The notes below the pieces were generated by a model. That model was not told the origin of the DNA. It was given only the letters and a program-made list of their open reading frames with translations, and did not search any database. A program made the translations under genes and the position numbers. Shown piece by piece: positions 32,296-42,865 of a DNA stretch of 64,000 bases (positions are counted from its first letter, which is position 1; each line of letters begins with the position of its first letter). Origin of the DNA: an uncultured Verrucomicrobiae bacterium (lineage in GTDB: Bacteria; Verrucomicrobiota; Verrucomicrobiia; Chthoniobacterales; Terrimicrobiaceae); NCBI GenBank assembly GCA_963706955.1, contig CAVPOC010000002.1, positions 242,291 to 306,290 on the forward strand, in the 5' to 3' direction.

Positions 32296-32408
32296 TCACA
32301 CCTTAAGAGTGCTGGCGCGCGTCGCGCGAAAGCACAGTGCCGCGAAAGGCGGGACGCCGAGAAGAGCGCCGCAGAGTTCATCGTCGGTGCATGGCCGAAT
32401 GCAGGAGT

Positions 32409-32789
32409 TCAGTTTTGGTAATTTGAAATCTCAATCAGGTTGCCGTCCGGATCTCTGAGATAGATGGAACGTATCGGACCACAAGCTCCGGTTTTCGAAA
32501 CCGGACCCTCGACGATCTCAATCCCATGACTCATGAGACTTGAAGTGACCGAGTCAATCGGCGTGTCTGAAATAAAGCACAGATCCGCAGAGCCTGACGT
32601 TGGACGCCTCGCCTTAGGCTCAAACTCCTTGCCTTCTTCATGCAGATTAATCTTCTGGCGGCCGAATGACAGGGCGACGCGTCCGGCGCCAAAAACGACT
32701 TTATCCATGCCAAGAATCTTCGTGTAAAAGGCTACCGATCGCGGGATATTCTTCACGGTCATGACAAGATGGTCGAGATGCGTGATCAC
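32409..32789 (-). CDS. VOC family protein
   Basis: LDHLVMTV, QKINLH, GSADLCF, SIYLRDPDGNLIEISNY. Confidence 0.92.
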   Translation of the reverse strand: MITHLDHLVMTVKNIPRSVAFYTKILGMDKVVFGAGRVALSFGRQKINLHEEGKEFEPKARRPTSGSADLCFISDTPIDSVTSSLMSHGIEIVEGPVSKTGACGPIRSIYLRDPDGNLIEISNYQN

Positions 32790-32964
32790 TTGTTTTCAGC
32801 AAGAAAGTTCAAGGTAACTAGACAAAGTTGACCATAGTTGACCGTAATAGGAAGTAGGAACAAGGCATTAGCAGAAAGATAACGCTGGGAGGCTGCCGAT
32901 TTGCTTCGATCACCGCCGCTTTTCGTGGCCTTGTCCTGCGCCGGCGGCATGGGTAGGTTTTTCG

Positions 32965-34165
32965 GTGGGCTTTTACAGACCAACTGATACGCGCGCGTTG
33001 AGCGCACCTCTCATTCGAGCGCTTGCCCTGACAGGCTGCGGAACCGGCATGCCGCGCCCGTCAACGGAGAGCGATCCCGCCGTAGCCGAACGCCAGGCGC
33101 AGGTCTTCGTCGAGGCGTTGAAACCCCGCCGCGCAGGCAAGCCGGTGATCGCAATCGTCGCCTTGAATGAGGGCACCGAGATGACCGACTTCCTGCTGCC
33201 GCATGCAGTGCTGCAGCGTGCTGGCGTTGCCGACGTGAAACCGGTGGCGGCTCGCCGCGGTCGCGTGTTGTTGTATCCGGCGCTGCAGGTGGAGGTGGCG
33301 CAGGATCTCGCCAGCTTTGACCGGGCTTACCCCTCAGGCGCCGACTACGTGGTTGTTCCCGCGATGCGCGACGACAACAACCCTGCGATTACCGCCTGGT
33401 TGAAGCAGCAGGCGGATCGAGGCGCCCGCATCATCGGGGTCTGCGTGGGGGCGCTGGTTGTGGGCCGCTCCGGTCTCCTCAATGGGCGGCGCTGCACGAC
33501 CCATTGGTACTACCGCAGCACCTTGCGTAAGCGCCATCCCAGCGCCGTCTACGTGCCGCACCAGCGGTATGTCGTCGATGGTTTCGTCGCGACCACCACC
33601 GGCATTACCGCCTCGGTGCCAACCATGCTCGCTCTGGTGCAGGCGATCGGCGGACGCGACAAAGCCCAGGCGCTGGCTGCAGAGCTGGGGGTGGACTCAT
33701 GGAGCCCGGCGCACGATAGCTCGCTCTTCGGGCTCACTGCCAGTCGGGCGTGGAGTTATTTGCTCAACAAGGCGGCCTTCTGGCGCCACGAGCGCTGGAG
33801 GGTCGATGTGTGGAACGGCATGGACGACATCGCACTCGCCTTCGCGGCCGATGCCTGGTCGCGCACCGGGCGGGTCAGCGTGGATGCCTCGGCTTCCGGT
33901 CCCGTCACCCTTCGCAGCGGGTTGGTGCTGGTGGCGGAGCCTGCTGCCTGAAGGGATACCGCGCTTGCCATTGACGACCGGACTCAAGCCGGTTCAGCAG
34001 CTTGAGCGGACGTTGCGCGAGATCGCGGAACGCTTCGGCGAGGCGCGATCCGAGTGGGTCAAGATGGAACTCGAATATGCCGGCGCTACCAGCGGCATGA
34101 CTATCGACCGGCCCCAAGGTCAACCGAGCCTCCCCAGCGACCCGTCCAGCCAGCCACCCGGATAG
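32965..34165 (+). CDS. DJ-1/PfpI family protein (frameshift near 33950; start uncertain)
   Basis: GTEMTDF, YVVVPA, GVCVGA nucleophile, TTHW, TTTGITAS. Confidence 0.8.
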
Positions 34166-34185
34166 TTACAGAGGACTGGGTATTC

Positions 34186-34210
34186 TGTAGCGACCATGTC
34201 CTCATGGTCG
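34186..34210. repeat. GTAG-type REP-like palindrome
   Basis: TGTAGCGACCATGTCCTCATGGTCG. Confidence 0.75.
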
Positions 34211-34356
34211 AGGGGCTCTCTCGGCGGCGGGCCCACCTAGACGCGCTCTGTTCGGAGACGCCCCTGTTACAACAACGCGTTCCAAGCCTGTCGTCCGTTC
34301 AGCCGGCCGCTTCCGAGCAGGCCTTTACGCTGGCAATGGTGAAGCGAGATCTTCTT

Positions 34357-34770
34357 TCACTCCTGATTCGAAAGAAAGCCCCTGACAAACGCGTCGGTCT
34401 TTTCGAACCAGGCGTCGGCGAACTGACTGGCCACCTCACCACCGGTCTCAAAGCTGACCACAACAAGACCAGAACCAACTAAGCGAGCATCAAGATCGTG
34501 ATAGATAAAAAGCGCGATATCCTGGGTAGATTGTTTTCCCCGGACCGTCGTTCGAAGCGAGCAGTAGCGCCCGAGCACAAGTCCTCGCGCCACCTGTGCC
34601 TCCACGCTGTCGGCCTTGCCCTTGGAGCCGTAGCCGATCACGCGCATGTATCGACAGATCTCCGAATAGCTTTCGAGGAAGAAGCAGGTGACGTCTTCGT
34701 CCGCATCAACAAGCTCCGCGCGGTCTTGGTAAATACTAGTCGCCCAATCTTGATCCTGGCGGAGGCTCAT
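34357..34770 (-). CDS. Hypothetical protein
   Basis: 137-aa ATG-initiated ORF with protein-like composition; no family recognised. Confidence 0.4.
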   Translation of the reverse strand: MSLRQDQDWATSIYQDRAELVDADEDVTCFFLESYSEICRYMRVIGYGSKGKADSVEAQVARGLVLGRYCSLRTTVRGKQSTQDIALFIYHDLDARLVGSGLVVVSFETGGEVASQFADAWFEKTDAFVRGFLSNQE

Positions 34771-34935
34771 ACGAAAACGAAGTAGCTGTGTGAAGCGTCG
34801 CGTCGCGAGTCAGGTTCGCCGCTAATTCCAGAGTTGAGGCAACCCAATTTGCTTGACCTCCTTTGAACCCGCCGCTTGTCTTGCGGACCACGCGGGGCGA
34901 GAACGCGTGAGTCGCTCAGCCTTTTTCAACAATCT

Positions 34936-35520
34936 ATGTTCTCCTTTGATTCGCTCGGACACATCAATGTGGTCGTAACGGATCTCGAAGAGGCAACGCG
35001 ATTCTATGAAGCGCTTTTCGGTGCCAGCGTCGAACAAACCTTCCCGCACTTTAAGAATGTGGGATTCGCGAGATCGGCGGGTTTTTTGGACGACGCGGAA
35101 TCCGTCGATGTGAGCATTCGTTTCTTGAAGTTTTCCTTAAAGCGATCTGAGGATTTGTTTCTCGAGCTGTTTGTCTTTCACCATCCGGCGGGCCGCCAGG
35201 AGATCACCCCCAGGAAGACGAACGACGTCGGCGGCCCGAGGCATGTCTGCCTGCGGGTTACCAACATCGACGAAGTGTTCGCGCATGTGAAATCCATCGC
35301 TGGCGTGCATTTGATCAACGAGTCGCCCGAGTATCGCCCATATTTCATCAGCCCGATCAAACCGCGCGCGATCGAGCTTCCCGATGCCGGAGGAGACACC
35401 GCGGACGCCAAGGAGGCGATTTGCGAAATCGTCAAAGCGATCCGCTTTTTTTACGCCATCGACCGCTATGGCATCGAGTGGGAGTTTGAGGAAGGACACG
35501 CTGACATTGGGACCGCCTGA
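34936..35520 (+). CDS. VOC family protein
   Basis: LGHINVVVTDLEEATRFYE, LELF, GGPRHVCLRV, DRYGIEWEFEE. Confidence 0.85.
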   Translation: MFSFDSLGHINVVVTDLEEATRFYEALFGASVEQTFPHFKNVGFARSAGFLDDAESVDVSIRFLKFSLKRSEDLFLELFVFHHPAGRQEITPRKTNDVGGPRHVCLRVTNIDEVFAHVKSIAGVHLINESPEYRPYFISPIKPRAIELPDAGGDTADAKEAICEIVKAIRFFYAIDRYGIEWEFEEGHADIGTA

Positions 35521-35589
35521 ACCGCCAAACTCCAGCGCACTACCGAATCGACGCTCTAACCATCTTGTAAATTCCACCCGGCATTCCGA

Positions 35590-36384
35590 ATGAAAGCACC
35601 GATTCCCGACCTTTCCCGAGACCTCTTCGACCTGACCGGATATTGCAGCATTGTAACTGGAGCGAGTGTCGGAATTGGCCTCAGCATTGCCGAAGCACTC
35701 GCTTACAGGGGCTCGGACATTGTCCTAGTCAGCCGCAATGCCCAACGCCTCGAGGAGGCGGCCGAGAAGGTGCGGTCGATCGGCCGGCGAGCTGCCGCGG
35801 TCGCGACCGATGTCTCCGCCGATGACGCCCCGGCGCGGATCGTCGAAGCGGCGCTCGGGTTGAGGGACCGCATCGATGTCTTGGTGAACAATGCGGGGTT
35901 CATGACGTTTGCCGACCCTTTCAACGTGAACGACCAAACATGGGATGAAATCTACAACGTAAATGTCCGTGCGCCGATGCGCATCACCCGGGCCGTCTTG
36001 CCGGAGATGGTCAAGGCGTCCCGCGGTAGCATCATCAACATTGGAAGCTCCTGGTCGACCCGAGCGTCCGTTTTCAACCAGGACGGAGGCGGGGTGGACT
36101 ATTGCTCATCGAAGGCCGCGCTTCATGCGCTGACGCGAGCAACCGCACAGGATGTGGCTCCGAAGAACATTCGTGTGAACACCATCGCTCCCGGTGCCGT
36201 GGATACCCCGATGCACGCCGACCATCGCGCGCTCCTCTTCGAGTTCGAGAAATACATCCCGCTCGGGCGAATCCAAGTCGCGGAAGACCTCGCCGGCGCG
36301 GTCATCTTCCTGGCTTCGGATGCCAGCGCCTACATTACCGGTCAGACGCTCCATGTAAACGGGGGCCTGCTGATGGTGGACTAA
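35590..36384 (+). CDS. SDR-family oxidoreductase
   Basis: VTGASVGIG, LVNNAG, YCSSK, NTIAPG, YITGQTLHVNGG. Confidence 0.95.
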   Translation: MKAPIPDLSRDLFDLTGYCSIVTGASVGIGLSIAEALAYRGSDIVLVSRNAQRLEEAAEKVRSIGRRAAAVATDVSADDAPARIVEAALGLRDRIDVLVNNAGFMTFADPFNVNDQTWDEIYNVNVRAPMRITRAVLPEMVKASRGSIINIGSSWSTRASVFNQDGGGVDYCSSKAALHALTRATAQDVAPKNIRVNTIAPGAVDTPMHADHRALLFEFEKYIPLGRIQVAEDLAGAVIFLASDASAYITGQTLHVNGGLLMVD

Positions 36385-36513
36385 AAAGGAGAGGCGCCGA
36401 CGCCAAGCGCCTGTGGATTTGCCCGGCCCTTGAGAGATACGCCGCCTACAACGCGTTGTCGACCACGGCGTGCGGACATACACAGGCCTAAAGTTCCGGG
36501 GTATTGCTAATTT

Positions 36514-36632
36514 TGGGAGCGCACGCGTCCCCGCGCGTCCCCGCGTGCAATTTCCGGCGTCCCGCCGGAAAATCCTTGTTCGGCGAGACGCCAAACACCA
36601 CACGCGAGACGCTGCGAGACGCTTATGCTCCT
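36514..36632. repeat. GGAG-type palindromic repeat element
   Basis: GGGAGCGCACGCGTC...TTTCCGGCGTCCCGCCGGAAA...CACCACACGCGAGACGC; related copy at 47582-47656. Confidence 0.6.
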
Positions 36633-36709
36633 TAGAGCGTTGCGTCGATCATCTTACTCGAGTTTGTCGGCGGTGAACCGCACTTCTACGGAAACATCGG
36701 TGCGTTTCT

Positions 36710-37077
36710 TCAAGAGCGCGCCGAAGCAACCGCAGACACGTTCAACCATCTGCCTTCGCGCTTCGCCCAGCCCGATGTGACGGCATTATGCATCGACATC
36801 TCTTTCCCTTGAATGACGGCGCGAGCATCCACGTTGTAAGTGACGATGGCCGCATCGGGATTTAGCATCGTCACCCTGAAGTTAGTGAGTTCGTACTTCT
36901 TAAGGTCAGCGTTGCTTAAAAATTCGAGAAGCTGCGATTGAGTGCTCTTCTCCATCGGGGAAGATGTCGCAAAAGTCCTCCGCGAGATAGGTGGCAAACT
37001 TCTCCAGATCTTTTTGCTGAATGAGCGCCCATGTCTGCTGTTCATGTTCGACTAATATGTCTGCTACGGAAAGCCAT
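36710..37077 (-). CDS. NTF2-like/DUF4440 protein (frameshifted)
   Basis: YELTNFRVTMLNPDAAIVTY, SGWAKREGRW. Confidence 0.65.
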
Positions 37078-37091
37078 GACGTTTCTTACGT

Positions 37092-37943
37092 TCAACCAAG
37101 TTCGAAACTGGTGACTCCAAAGATTCGCTCGAGAGGCAGATCAGGCTTCCCGTTCGCATACATGCGCGCAGTCTCGAAGACCGCTCTCATGTTGTGGCGC
37201 CTAGCGAGATCGAGGGCGGCGCCGTTTACCGCCGGCGTGTCCAGGAAGATTGGCGCGTCGGGCGGGATGCCTTGCTGCAATGCCAGGAAGAGGTCTTCGG
37301 CGATGACCGGCGTATCTGCGAAGAGCGGGCCGACCTTGTATCCGGAACGACAAGGGCGCAGGACTCCATAGCCGGAGAGGACGCTGCCTTGGACAAAACC
37401 GAGCGCAGCGCCTAGCGGCTGGTTGATCCAGCATTTGAGAAACTGCACGCGCGTGTCGGGAAAGAACTGCTGATCGTAGGTCGATATCTCGTCGAATGGC
37501 AGCTTGGAGAGCGGGATGATGGCTGCCTTGGCGTTCGCGCTGCGAACCCCCGTGCCCTCGTAGCGAATGTTTCGATGCGCCAAGACAAACCCGGACTTCT
37601 TGTAATTTTCCTGCTGATCAATTACCCCGTCCAGACCGACAGTCCGGCCTTGCAGGCGCGCGAGCCCGGTGTTCCAGATCTTGATGCCGTAACCACATCC
37701 CCGATGCACCGGTGCGACGATGTAGAAGCCGACGAAGCCAAAGGAAGACCCATATTTCACCACAGAGATCGTCGCAACCGGCTCGTCTCCGAGCAGGCCG
37801 ACAAGGAAGCCCTCTGGGTCTGCTGCATAAAAGCAATTCGCATCGTGCAAACCAGGATTCCACCCTTCCGCGGCCGCCCAATCTATAGCCAGGCCCACTT
37901 CCTGGCGGTCCATCGTTCTGACCTTGTATGCACCTTCGGCCAC
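37092..37943 (-). CDS. GNAT N-acetyltransferase (YitH-like)
   Basis: WAAAEGWNPG, GFYIV...RGCGYG, GLDGV...Y, KVGPLFAD, FETARMY. Confidence 0.92.
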   Translation of the reverse strand: MAEGAYKVRTMDRQEVGLAIDWAAAEGWNPGLHDANCFYAADPEGFLVGLLGDEPVATISVVKYGSSFGFVGFYIVAPVHRGCGYGIKIWNTGLARLQGRTVGLDGVIDQQENYKKSGFVLAHRNIRYEGTGVRSANAKAAIIPLSKLPFDEISTYDQQFFPDTRVQFLKCWINQPLGAALGFVQGSVLSGYGVLRPCRSGYKVGPLFADTPVIAEDLFLALQQGIPPDAPIFLDTPAVNGAALDLARRHNMRAVFETARMYANGKPDLPLERIFGVTSFELG

Positions 37944-38041
37944 GCGATTCGTTCTGTCAGTTAATGTCCGCTGTGTCTCAAACACGCAGACCATTCGATA
38001 TTCGTCGTCGAAGCGGAATCGATATCAGAGGGATCACGAGT

Positions 38042-38509
38042 CTATCTCCATAGCGACCGGACTATTGTTTTGATACTCCGACGCGAGAACCAGGCGATCA
38101 AAAATATCGGCCAGGAAATCGCCGGAAACAAGCCAATGAACAGCGCGGACAAGGGGACGATCCCGAGGGTTCTGCCATAGCCAAAATGCACGATCCCGAG
38201 AAAGATGCCTAAGTTAACTGTGCAGACAAGCAAGACAAGTGCCGCGCCACTGACGAGGCAGACCACGGTCCACCGACGCCTCAGAACAGAGCCGACGGCG
38301 CCAAGCAGTAGAAGAGAAGCCGCAATCAGGTTTGGCAAGCTCGGCCAAGGAACTGTCTCAGACCGCTGTGGTTGAAAGTAGAGAACCAGGTAGAGCGAGG
38401 CGTAGAAGAAAGTCACCGTCGAGATCACCGTCGGCCACCTTTGATCTTTCGGTGGTCGATCTTGATTGATTCTTGTGTCGCTCGTCGTGTCCATCATGCC
38501 TGCGGCCAC
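38042..38509 (-). CDS. Hypothetical membrane protein
   Basis: Four hydrophobic segments. Confidence 0.5.
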   Translation of the reverse strand: MAAGMMDTTSDTRINQDRPPKDQRWPTVISTVTFFYASLYLVLYFQPQRSETVPWPSLPNLIAASLLLLGAVGSVLRRRWTVVCLVSGAALVLLVCTVNLGIFLGIVHFGYGRTLGIVPLSALFIGLFPAISWPIFLIAWFSRRSIKTIVRSLWR

Positions 38510-38996
38510 TTCGTAATACTTTTGCTTAGATTTCAGCGAGTAAAAACATAAGGGTGCTGTTAACGATTCCTAACCAGAGCCATCGAGTCTTGGCGGGGGA
38601 GTGCATCGACTATCGGAATGGGAGGGAGGCGTGCTGAGATCGAGGCAGTTAGCGGCATTGACGATCAGAGCGCTCAATTTAGCCGCCACGACACTGAACT
38701 GGGCCTGTATTGGCTGGTGGGTTGTTTAGAGGACAGCCACCCCAGACCGGCACTCTGGCGTGACCGCATTCTTACGCCTCCGTCTTCTTCACGAGCGCCG
38801 CCTCATCGTCGACAATTGGCTAGATTGTGAGGATGCCAGTCTCGAAGAAACGTCCAAAGTTTGAGACTGCCGAGGAAAGTTTCAACTTTGCTTATCGGTC
38901 TCGCAATCCATTGCGTCCTTCAATGGAACCTTCAAAGCAGTTGCCGCGGATTTCCTTCGCTTGACTTAAGCGCTTCGTCGAAGCTAACAGACCGAG

Positions 38997-40031
38997 ATGC
39001 TAGAACTGTTTCGGGAGATACCTTCTCGTGGCGCCTCGCGGTTTTCCATTGTGCGGCCATCGACTGTAAATTTGCCGCAGATCGGGCCAAAAAGTCACCA
39101 GCAGGGAATTCAGAGAACTACAGGCGGCGACTTCGTGGTCTCGGGTAGCGGGCTGCGGTCCGGATACATCTATTTCGCAGATCGGAGCAGCTTAAAGATA
39201 GGGGAAGTTCTCACCCCTGTGGTCAGCAACTATAATCATTTCGGCGGGATCCAGGTTACGGACGATATTCTAGCCGCAGGATATGAGCGCTCCGAAAGCG
39301 GTGCGGCGGGCACGTCGGTGGTGCTCTTTTATGATGTCAGAAACGCGGCGTCTCCGGCCGCTCTGGATCACCTGACGATTGAGAGGGCTGCGGCTGGGGA
39401 GACTGCGGGAGCGGTCGGGCTGTGTCGCGAGGGCGCAAGCTGGCTCCTTCTCGTGGCGAACTGGGATTCAGATCGGCTCGATTTTTACCGCAGCGATGGC
39501 GACGATTTGGTCGCGCCGACGACACGCTTTGCGCTCGTGGGAATCTGGCAGCTTGGCGTGAATGGTCTTGGGGCCGGTTCCATAGACGATCGCTGGGGGG
39601 TTTACGAGAACATCAACATGTTCGTTGATGAAGATGGGTCGCTCTGGTTTGTCGGCATGGAGACAGTTCTCTTTCGCGCGGATATTAGCATCGATCCTCT
39701 TAAATTGGAGTCCGAAGTTCTGGAATCACGCATCGACGACCTGCTAACATCGGGTAGCGAAGTGCTTAGACCGGGCAGCGATTTACTGACGTCAGGCATC
39801 GATTTGCTGATATCAGATTGGGCGGATCTGTATCAGCTCAGCGTTGCTTCGGATGGCATCACCGTTACCAAGCGAGCCAACAAGCGTTTTTTTCGCAGCG
39901 GAGCAGGTCCACGTTTCCGGTATGGCTCTGGCTTTCGCTTGAATAACGTGACTGGCAAATTTGAAGTTTATTCGTGCGAGGCAAACCTGAGTAACGTCGG
40001 GCGCGTGAACCGATGCAATCGCTGGGGCTAA
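38997..40031 (+). CDS. Hypothetical beta-rich protein with internal 7-aa repeat insert
   Basis: 344-aa ORF; HQQGIQR, HFGGIQ, TAGAVG, LDFYRS. Confidence 0.65.
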   Translation: MLELFREIPSRGASRFSIVRPSTVNLPQIGPKSHQQGIQRTTGGDFVVSGSGLRSGYIYFADRSSLKIGEVLTPVVSNYNHFGGIQVTDDILAAGYERSESGAAGTSVVLFYDVRNAASPAALDHLTIERAAAGETAGAVGLCREGASWLLLVANWDSDRLDFYRSDGDDLVAPTTRFALVGIWQLGVNGLGAGSIDDRWGVYENINMFVDEDGSLWFVGMETVLFRADISIDPLKLESEVLESRIDDLLTSGSEVLRPGSDLLTSGIDLLISDWADLYQLSVASDGITVTKRANKRFFRSGAGPRFRYGSGFRLNNVTGKFEVYSCEANLSNVGRVNRCNRWG

Positions 40032-40072
40032 GGAGAGCTTGTCAGACGGCGGAAGGTTGCAACGGCGCGCAC

Positions 40073-40134
40073 TGTAGCGATGATGTCCTCATCGTCGGGG
40101 GCATAATGTCGGCGGTGGGGACACCGCCGCTACA
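40073..40134. repeat. GTAG-type REP-like palindrome pair
   Basis: TGTAGCGATGATGTCCTCATCGTCG ... CGGCGGTGGGGACACCGCCGCTACA. Confidence 0.8.
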
Positions 40135-40142
40135 CAGCACCG

Positions 40143-40505
40143 TCAAGCCCTTCGACGAGGAGAAGCAATGGTGTGTGTCTTAGCTTTCTTTAGCGACATT
40201 CGAAACTTTGGAGGCGCCCCGACAACCCGTTGAGCAGCAGTGTTCTTAGGGAGGCGATTTTTTACAGGCTGCAAGAGCCTTCTCTTGAGCGCTGTGAAAT
40301 TCCAATCGCTATTTTTTGCGATGGGTCGCAACTTTTCAAGGCTGGCGCGCTGGGCGCAGGTAATACCTTCCCGGGCAAGGATTGCCTCGATGCCGTCTTT
40401 GATCCCTCGAAATGACCCCAGAACGGCGGTTCCATTCTCAGCCTTCCACATGAAGAGCACTTTCGATTCATGTCGGCCCAGAATCAGATTGTTGAAATTG
40501 ATCAT
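40143..40505 (-). CDS. Hypothetical basic protein
   Basis: 120-aa ORF with AGGGA RBS-like sequence. Confidence 0.4.
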   Translation of the reverse strand: MINFNNLILGRHESKVLFMWKAENGTAVLGSFRGIKDGIEAILAREGITCAQRASLEKLRPIAKNSDWNFTALKRRLLQPVKNRLPKNTAAQRVVGAPPKFRMSLKKAKTHTIASPRRRA

Positions 40506-40565
40506 GTGTTCCCTGTAACGGTTTCCGTTGATAGCATCCTTGTCAAACTGGAGGCGCAGCCGGCT

Positions 40566-41033
40566 CTACTCGGAAACTGTTGTTACCGGGACAATGATCA
40601 ACGGGCATTTGAGACGACGCAGCATCCCGGTGAGCGCGTCTTGGCGTGAGACCAGATGTTGGCTGGCCTTCCCGCGAGAGCCCAAGATAATGTAATCGGC
40701 GCGGCATTTGACGGACTGGTCAAGGATTTCATCGGCGAGGAGTCCGGCGACGACGCTGGTCTTAACCTCGATGCCCGCCGTCTTGAGCGGTTCGGCAACG
40801 GCGTTCAAGCGCTTCTCGAGCTGGGCTTGGCTTTTCGGTGTCCGCAAAGGCCACGCTGCGGCCGTGGGGGCACGCTCCGCTTTGCCGGCAGGAAGGACGG
40901 CAGCCTTCGGCTCGACCACGTGCAAAAGGAGGATGTCGGCGGAGAGTGCCTGCGCGAGCTCCGCGGCTCGGCTAGCGACGGAGGTCGAGGCTTTTCCGAG
41001 GTCGACGGCGACGAGGAGTGTTCTTGTTGCCAT
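40566..41033 (-). CDS. Universal stress protein
   Basis: LLVAVD, LLHVVEP, ADYIILGSRG, CPLIIVP. Confidence 0.9.
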   Translation of the reverse strand: MATRTLLVAVDLGKASTSVASRAAELAQALSADILLLHVVEPKAAVLPAGKAERAPTAAAWPLRTPKSQAQLEKRLNAVAEPLKTAGIEVKTSVVAGLLADEILDQSVKCRADYIILGSRGKASQHLVSRQDALTGMLRRLKCPLIIVPVTTVSE

Positions 41034-41067
41034 TGGTATGCTCGCGTGGAAAGGATGGCGGCCTTGC

Positions 41068-41463
41068 TTATTTGCTATAGACCTCGGCCTCGTTGAATGT
41101 TTTCCGTTCGACGATTGCCAAGGCGTTGGCCTTTCGATCAAATTCCTGGAAGAAGCAGCTGTTGTATCCGGTGTGGCATGCTCCCCCGGCCTGCTCGACC
41201 TCGAAGAGGAGGACGTCGCGATCGCAGTCGGCGAACCAGCGTTTGATCTTTTGGGTGTGGCCGCTCGTTTCGCCCTTGAGCCAGAGCTTTTTTCGTGAGC
41301 GACTCCAGTAGTGCATCAGACCGGTCTCCAACGATTTTTCGAGTGCTTCGCGATTCATCCAGGCGAGCATGAGGACCCGACCGACCGGCACCTGATCATC
41401 AGAGGCCTGTTGGACGATTGCCGGGATAAGCCCGTCGGAGGAAAATTTGAAATCGAGTTCCAC
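41068..41463 (-). CDS. hisI: Phosphoribosyl-AMP cyclohydrolase
   Basis: GLIPAIVQ, VLMLAWMN, YWSRSRKKLWLKGETSGH, DCDRD, GACHTG..SCF. Confidence 0.96.
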   Translation of the reverse strand: MELDFKFSSDGLIPAIVQQASDDQVPVGRVLMLAWMNREALEKSLETGLMHYWSRSRKKLWLKGETSGHTQKIKRWFADCDRDVLLFEVEQAGGACHTGYNSCFFQEFDRKANALAIVERKTFNEAEVYSK

Positions 41464-41504
41464 TGTTGCAGAATAGCAGACTGTCGGATAATCGGAAACG
41501 TCGT

Positions 41505-42845
41505 GTGAAAGAACCAGAGATTTCCCTAACGCTCGAAGATGCCGCCTGGCGGGTGCCTCACACGCCACGCTATCGTTATCATTCGAACCCGCCAACGACC
41601 GTCTCGCTGCGGCTGGCTGACCTGGCCCCGCAGATCCCGGAAGCGGCTCGTTTGCCCGGTTTTAATGCGGAAAAGACGGTCGAGTTTTCCTGCGAGGAGA
41701 TCTTTACTGGTCCTGTGCCGAAGCTCTCGCTCTCCCGGCTGGCCGAGCTGGCGAACGAGGATGTTCGATCCAGCGAGGTCGCTGAGGGCTCGATCAGGTT
41801 GCCGGTTGCCCGGCTGGCGCTCGCGTTTCGGTTCATTAATCATCGCGAACTAATTGAGGAGCCGCCTCCTCCCAAGCCGGCCAAGCTGGAGCGGTCATTG
41901 GAAGATTTTGCAGCAAAGGATGAGCGCCCCAAAGCTGGTCAGGAACTCGCGGGTGAGGGGGGGACGATTTCGCCTCCCGCGGGAAGCGCGCCTGGAGCAA
42001 ATGAGACCGAGTCAAACTCTCCAACGGATGCAAGTGAGGCGCGGCAACGTTCGGTGCCGCTGGCGGGATCGCCATCTCAAATAGCCAGCGGAGGCGCTGA
42101 CACTGAAGAGATCAAGCCGGGCGAGCCGGAAACTTGGAGACCGATTACTGTATTTCCGATTTTTCGGCGCAAGGCCGCTGAACCTCAGGTGAGACCACCA
42201 GTCGCTCCGCTTCGACCGGTGGTCGAGAGCCGGGCACCGCCTCCGTCAAGTGCCCCCTCCGATTTCGCCGAACCGCCGCAAGAGACGACCAAGGCGCCCC
42301 CCACAGCTCCTCCGACGGACTTTGCGCCCCAAGTCCCGGAAGCAGTGCTGATCGAAGCCGAGCGCTCTCATGCGCCCTCCCGAGGGATCGAGCTTGTCGA
42401 TCAGGATGCTCTCCAGGCGGTCTTCATGACCGAGGAGATGCTGTCGATTGATCGCGTGGTCGAACTCTGTGGAGTTCTTCCAGGGATTAAGTCCTGTATC
42501 CTCGCACACGGCGCTGAGGTTCTCGCTTCGCACAATGTGCCGGAATCGATTGACTTGGTCTCGTTGAGTGCGCATGCACTTGAGATGCTTGCAGCGATGC
42601 GGCAATCCGCCTCTCGGATGGGCATCGGAGCGGTGCCTGCCGTGACCATTCATGCCGAAAAGGGACCAATAACCTTTTTTCATCAGGATGATTTGTGCTT
42701 GCTGGTGATGCACAAGGATCGCGGCTTCGTTCCGGGCGTCCGTGAAAAGCTCCAGAAAGTCGTTGAGCATCTTGCGCAGGGCGATCCTGCGCTGGGCGGC
42801 GACGATTCACGACTTCGGTGGGCCGCCAAAAAGCCGGCCACGTAG
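41505..42845 (+). CDS. Pro-rich protein with C-terminal Roadblock/LC7-like domain
   Basis: Long P/E/A-rich linker; LPGIKSCIL...VLAS...AVTIHAEKGPITFF...CLLVMH. Confidence 0.55.
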   Translation: MKEPEISLTLEDAAWRVPHTPRYRYHSNPPTTVSLRLADLAPQIPEAARLPGFNAEKTVEFSCEEIFTGPVPKLSLSRLAELANEDVRSSEVAEGSIRLPVARLALAFRFINHRELIEEPPPPKPAKLERSLEDFAAKDERPKAGQELAGEGGTISPPAGSAPGANETESNSPTDASEARQRSVPLAGSPSQIASGGADTEEIKPGEPETWRPITVFPIFRRKAAEPQVRPPVAPLRPVVESRAPPPSSAPSDFAEPPQETTKAPPTAPPTDFAPQVPEAVLIEAERSHAPSRGIELVDQDALQAVFMTEEMLSIDRVVELCGVLPGIKSCILAHGAEVLASHNVPESIDLVSLSAHALEMLAAMRQSASRMGIGAVPAVTIHAEKGPITFFHQDDLCLLVMHKDRGFVPGVREKLQKVVEHLAQGDPALGGDDSRLRWAAKKPAT

Positions 42846-42865
42846 GCAGTTTCGGCGTCTCTGGC

